A stretch of DNA of 63,750 nt, counting the filler, from Squatina squatina (taxonomy: Eukaryota), in assembly GCA_031763465.1 (NCBI GenBank). It is 3 parts of 3 records of this genome, joined end to end, with 100 filler letters (N's around TTAATTAATTAA, not from the genome) between each part and the next. Parts side by side here need not be neighbours in the genome. Positions count along the whole stretch, not along the records: positions 51,626 to 63,750 come from JARFOE010000176.1; 2 more parts are not named here. One strand, 5' to 3'. The notes below the pieces were generated by a model. That model worked only from the letters and a program-made list of their open reading frames with translations. It was not told the DNA's origin and did no database searches. Each line of letters begins with the position of its first letter. Position 1 is the first letter of the stretch. Positions 62,735 to 63,750 of the stretch are shown in pieces. The position numbers were made by a program, and so were the translations under genes.

Positions 62735-63750
62735 GGTTGGGGAGAAGATGACTAATTGAAGTGGGAAGATTTTGGAGACAGCTAGTAGCTTTTATCAAGA
62801 GTTGTATACAAAACACATTTCCAAATTGGCGATGGAGAAGGGGTGAGTGCTTTTATTGAAGAGGGTTTAAAGGAGGATGAGAGAAGCACGTGTGACAAAG
62901 AAGTAGGATTAGCGGAAATAAAAGTAGCAATAAGTGGAATGAAGGGGTGGGGAATGCCCAGGGCCCAATGGACTAAGTACAGTATTTTATAAAGGATTTT
63001 TAGAGGTTGTAAGTCCTTTGCTCTTAGAGGATTTTAAGGAGATTAAAATTGAGGGAAGCCTGGCCTCATCTATGAGGAGACGTGTCATAAGCTTAGCTTT
63101 TAAAAATAAAGGTGATAGAAGGGATCTGAAGAGTTGGAGGCCCATCACATTATTATATGTGGATTATAAGATCTTGGCATGGGTTAAAGCAAACTGTATA
63201 AAGGAGGTAATATAGTTTCACCCACTCAGTCATAGGCCGAAACATCGCAGACTCTGTGGTCTCAATCCGAGATGTGATGGAGCTCATGGAAGAGAGTGCT
63301 AAAGATAGATCAAGAGAAAGCCTTTGATAGAGTCTCTTATGAGTTTTTATAGATGGTTTTGGAAGCATTTGGTTTTGGGAAAGATTTCATTGAGTGGATA
63401 AGGATTTTTTTCTTCAAACATATTCAGCTGTGTTAAATGTAGTGGATTTTTTTTCCAAGTATTTTCCGATAGAGGTCACTGAGACAGGGTTGTCCCCTGT
63501 CCCCATTATTGTACACATTGGTAGCAGAACCATTAGGTTACATGATGCAAAAGGAACAAGGCACAGTTGAGATTGGGGTTCCTAGTTCTAGGTGGGTGTC
63601 AGTGATACATCAATGTGCAGATGACCTAATCTTAATGTTGGGAAATGGGGAGTCAGTGAGGAAAGCTATGGAAGTATTGGAGGAGTATTGTAGAGCTTCA
63701 GGAGCCAGAGTGAATTATAGTAAATCCCAATGCCTGGTTGCGGGAAGGGG
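62735..63750 (+). mobile_element. L1/Tx1-clade LINE reverse transcriptase region, degenerate, runs off the window
   Basis: KGDRRDLKSWRPITLLYVDYKILA, DQEKAFDRVS, RQGCPLSPLLY, CADDL; frameshifts and stops. Confidence 0.88.

Overview
Eukaryotic (vertebrate) DNA, most likely a shark or other cartilaginous fish, judged by its repeats (SacSINE1-type DeuSINEs, CR1/L2/Tx1 LINEs, Harbinger relics, a 67-bp minisatellite). It is a fragmented pseudo-scaffold: many fixed 100-N and 10-N gaps, plus two artificial 44N-TTAATTAATTAA-44N linkers, so order and spacing across gaps are not trustworthy. Recognisable genes: an MBNL1-like 5'UTR exon (-), a possible upstream promoter, three divergent SUCNR1 (GPR91) paralogues (+; one complete coding exon, two cut by gaps), a CysLT-type receptor (+) whose C-tail runs into a CR1 fragment, the last coding exon of an AADAC-family esterase (-) and TRAPPC3 exon 2 (+). 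Points worth a second look: ligand-pocket divergence in the SUCNR1 triplet, the LINE-truncated CysLT receptor, a hammerhead-ribozyme-like motif just upstream of a SUCNR1 exon, a multi-copy decayed gene-like unit with 67-bp arrays inverted around a hAT element, and a MITE family with a structure-conserved, sequence-divergent hairpin. All homology calls are from recognition of sequence, not from database searches. I cannot demonstrate a wholly new system here.
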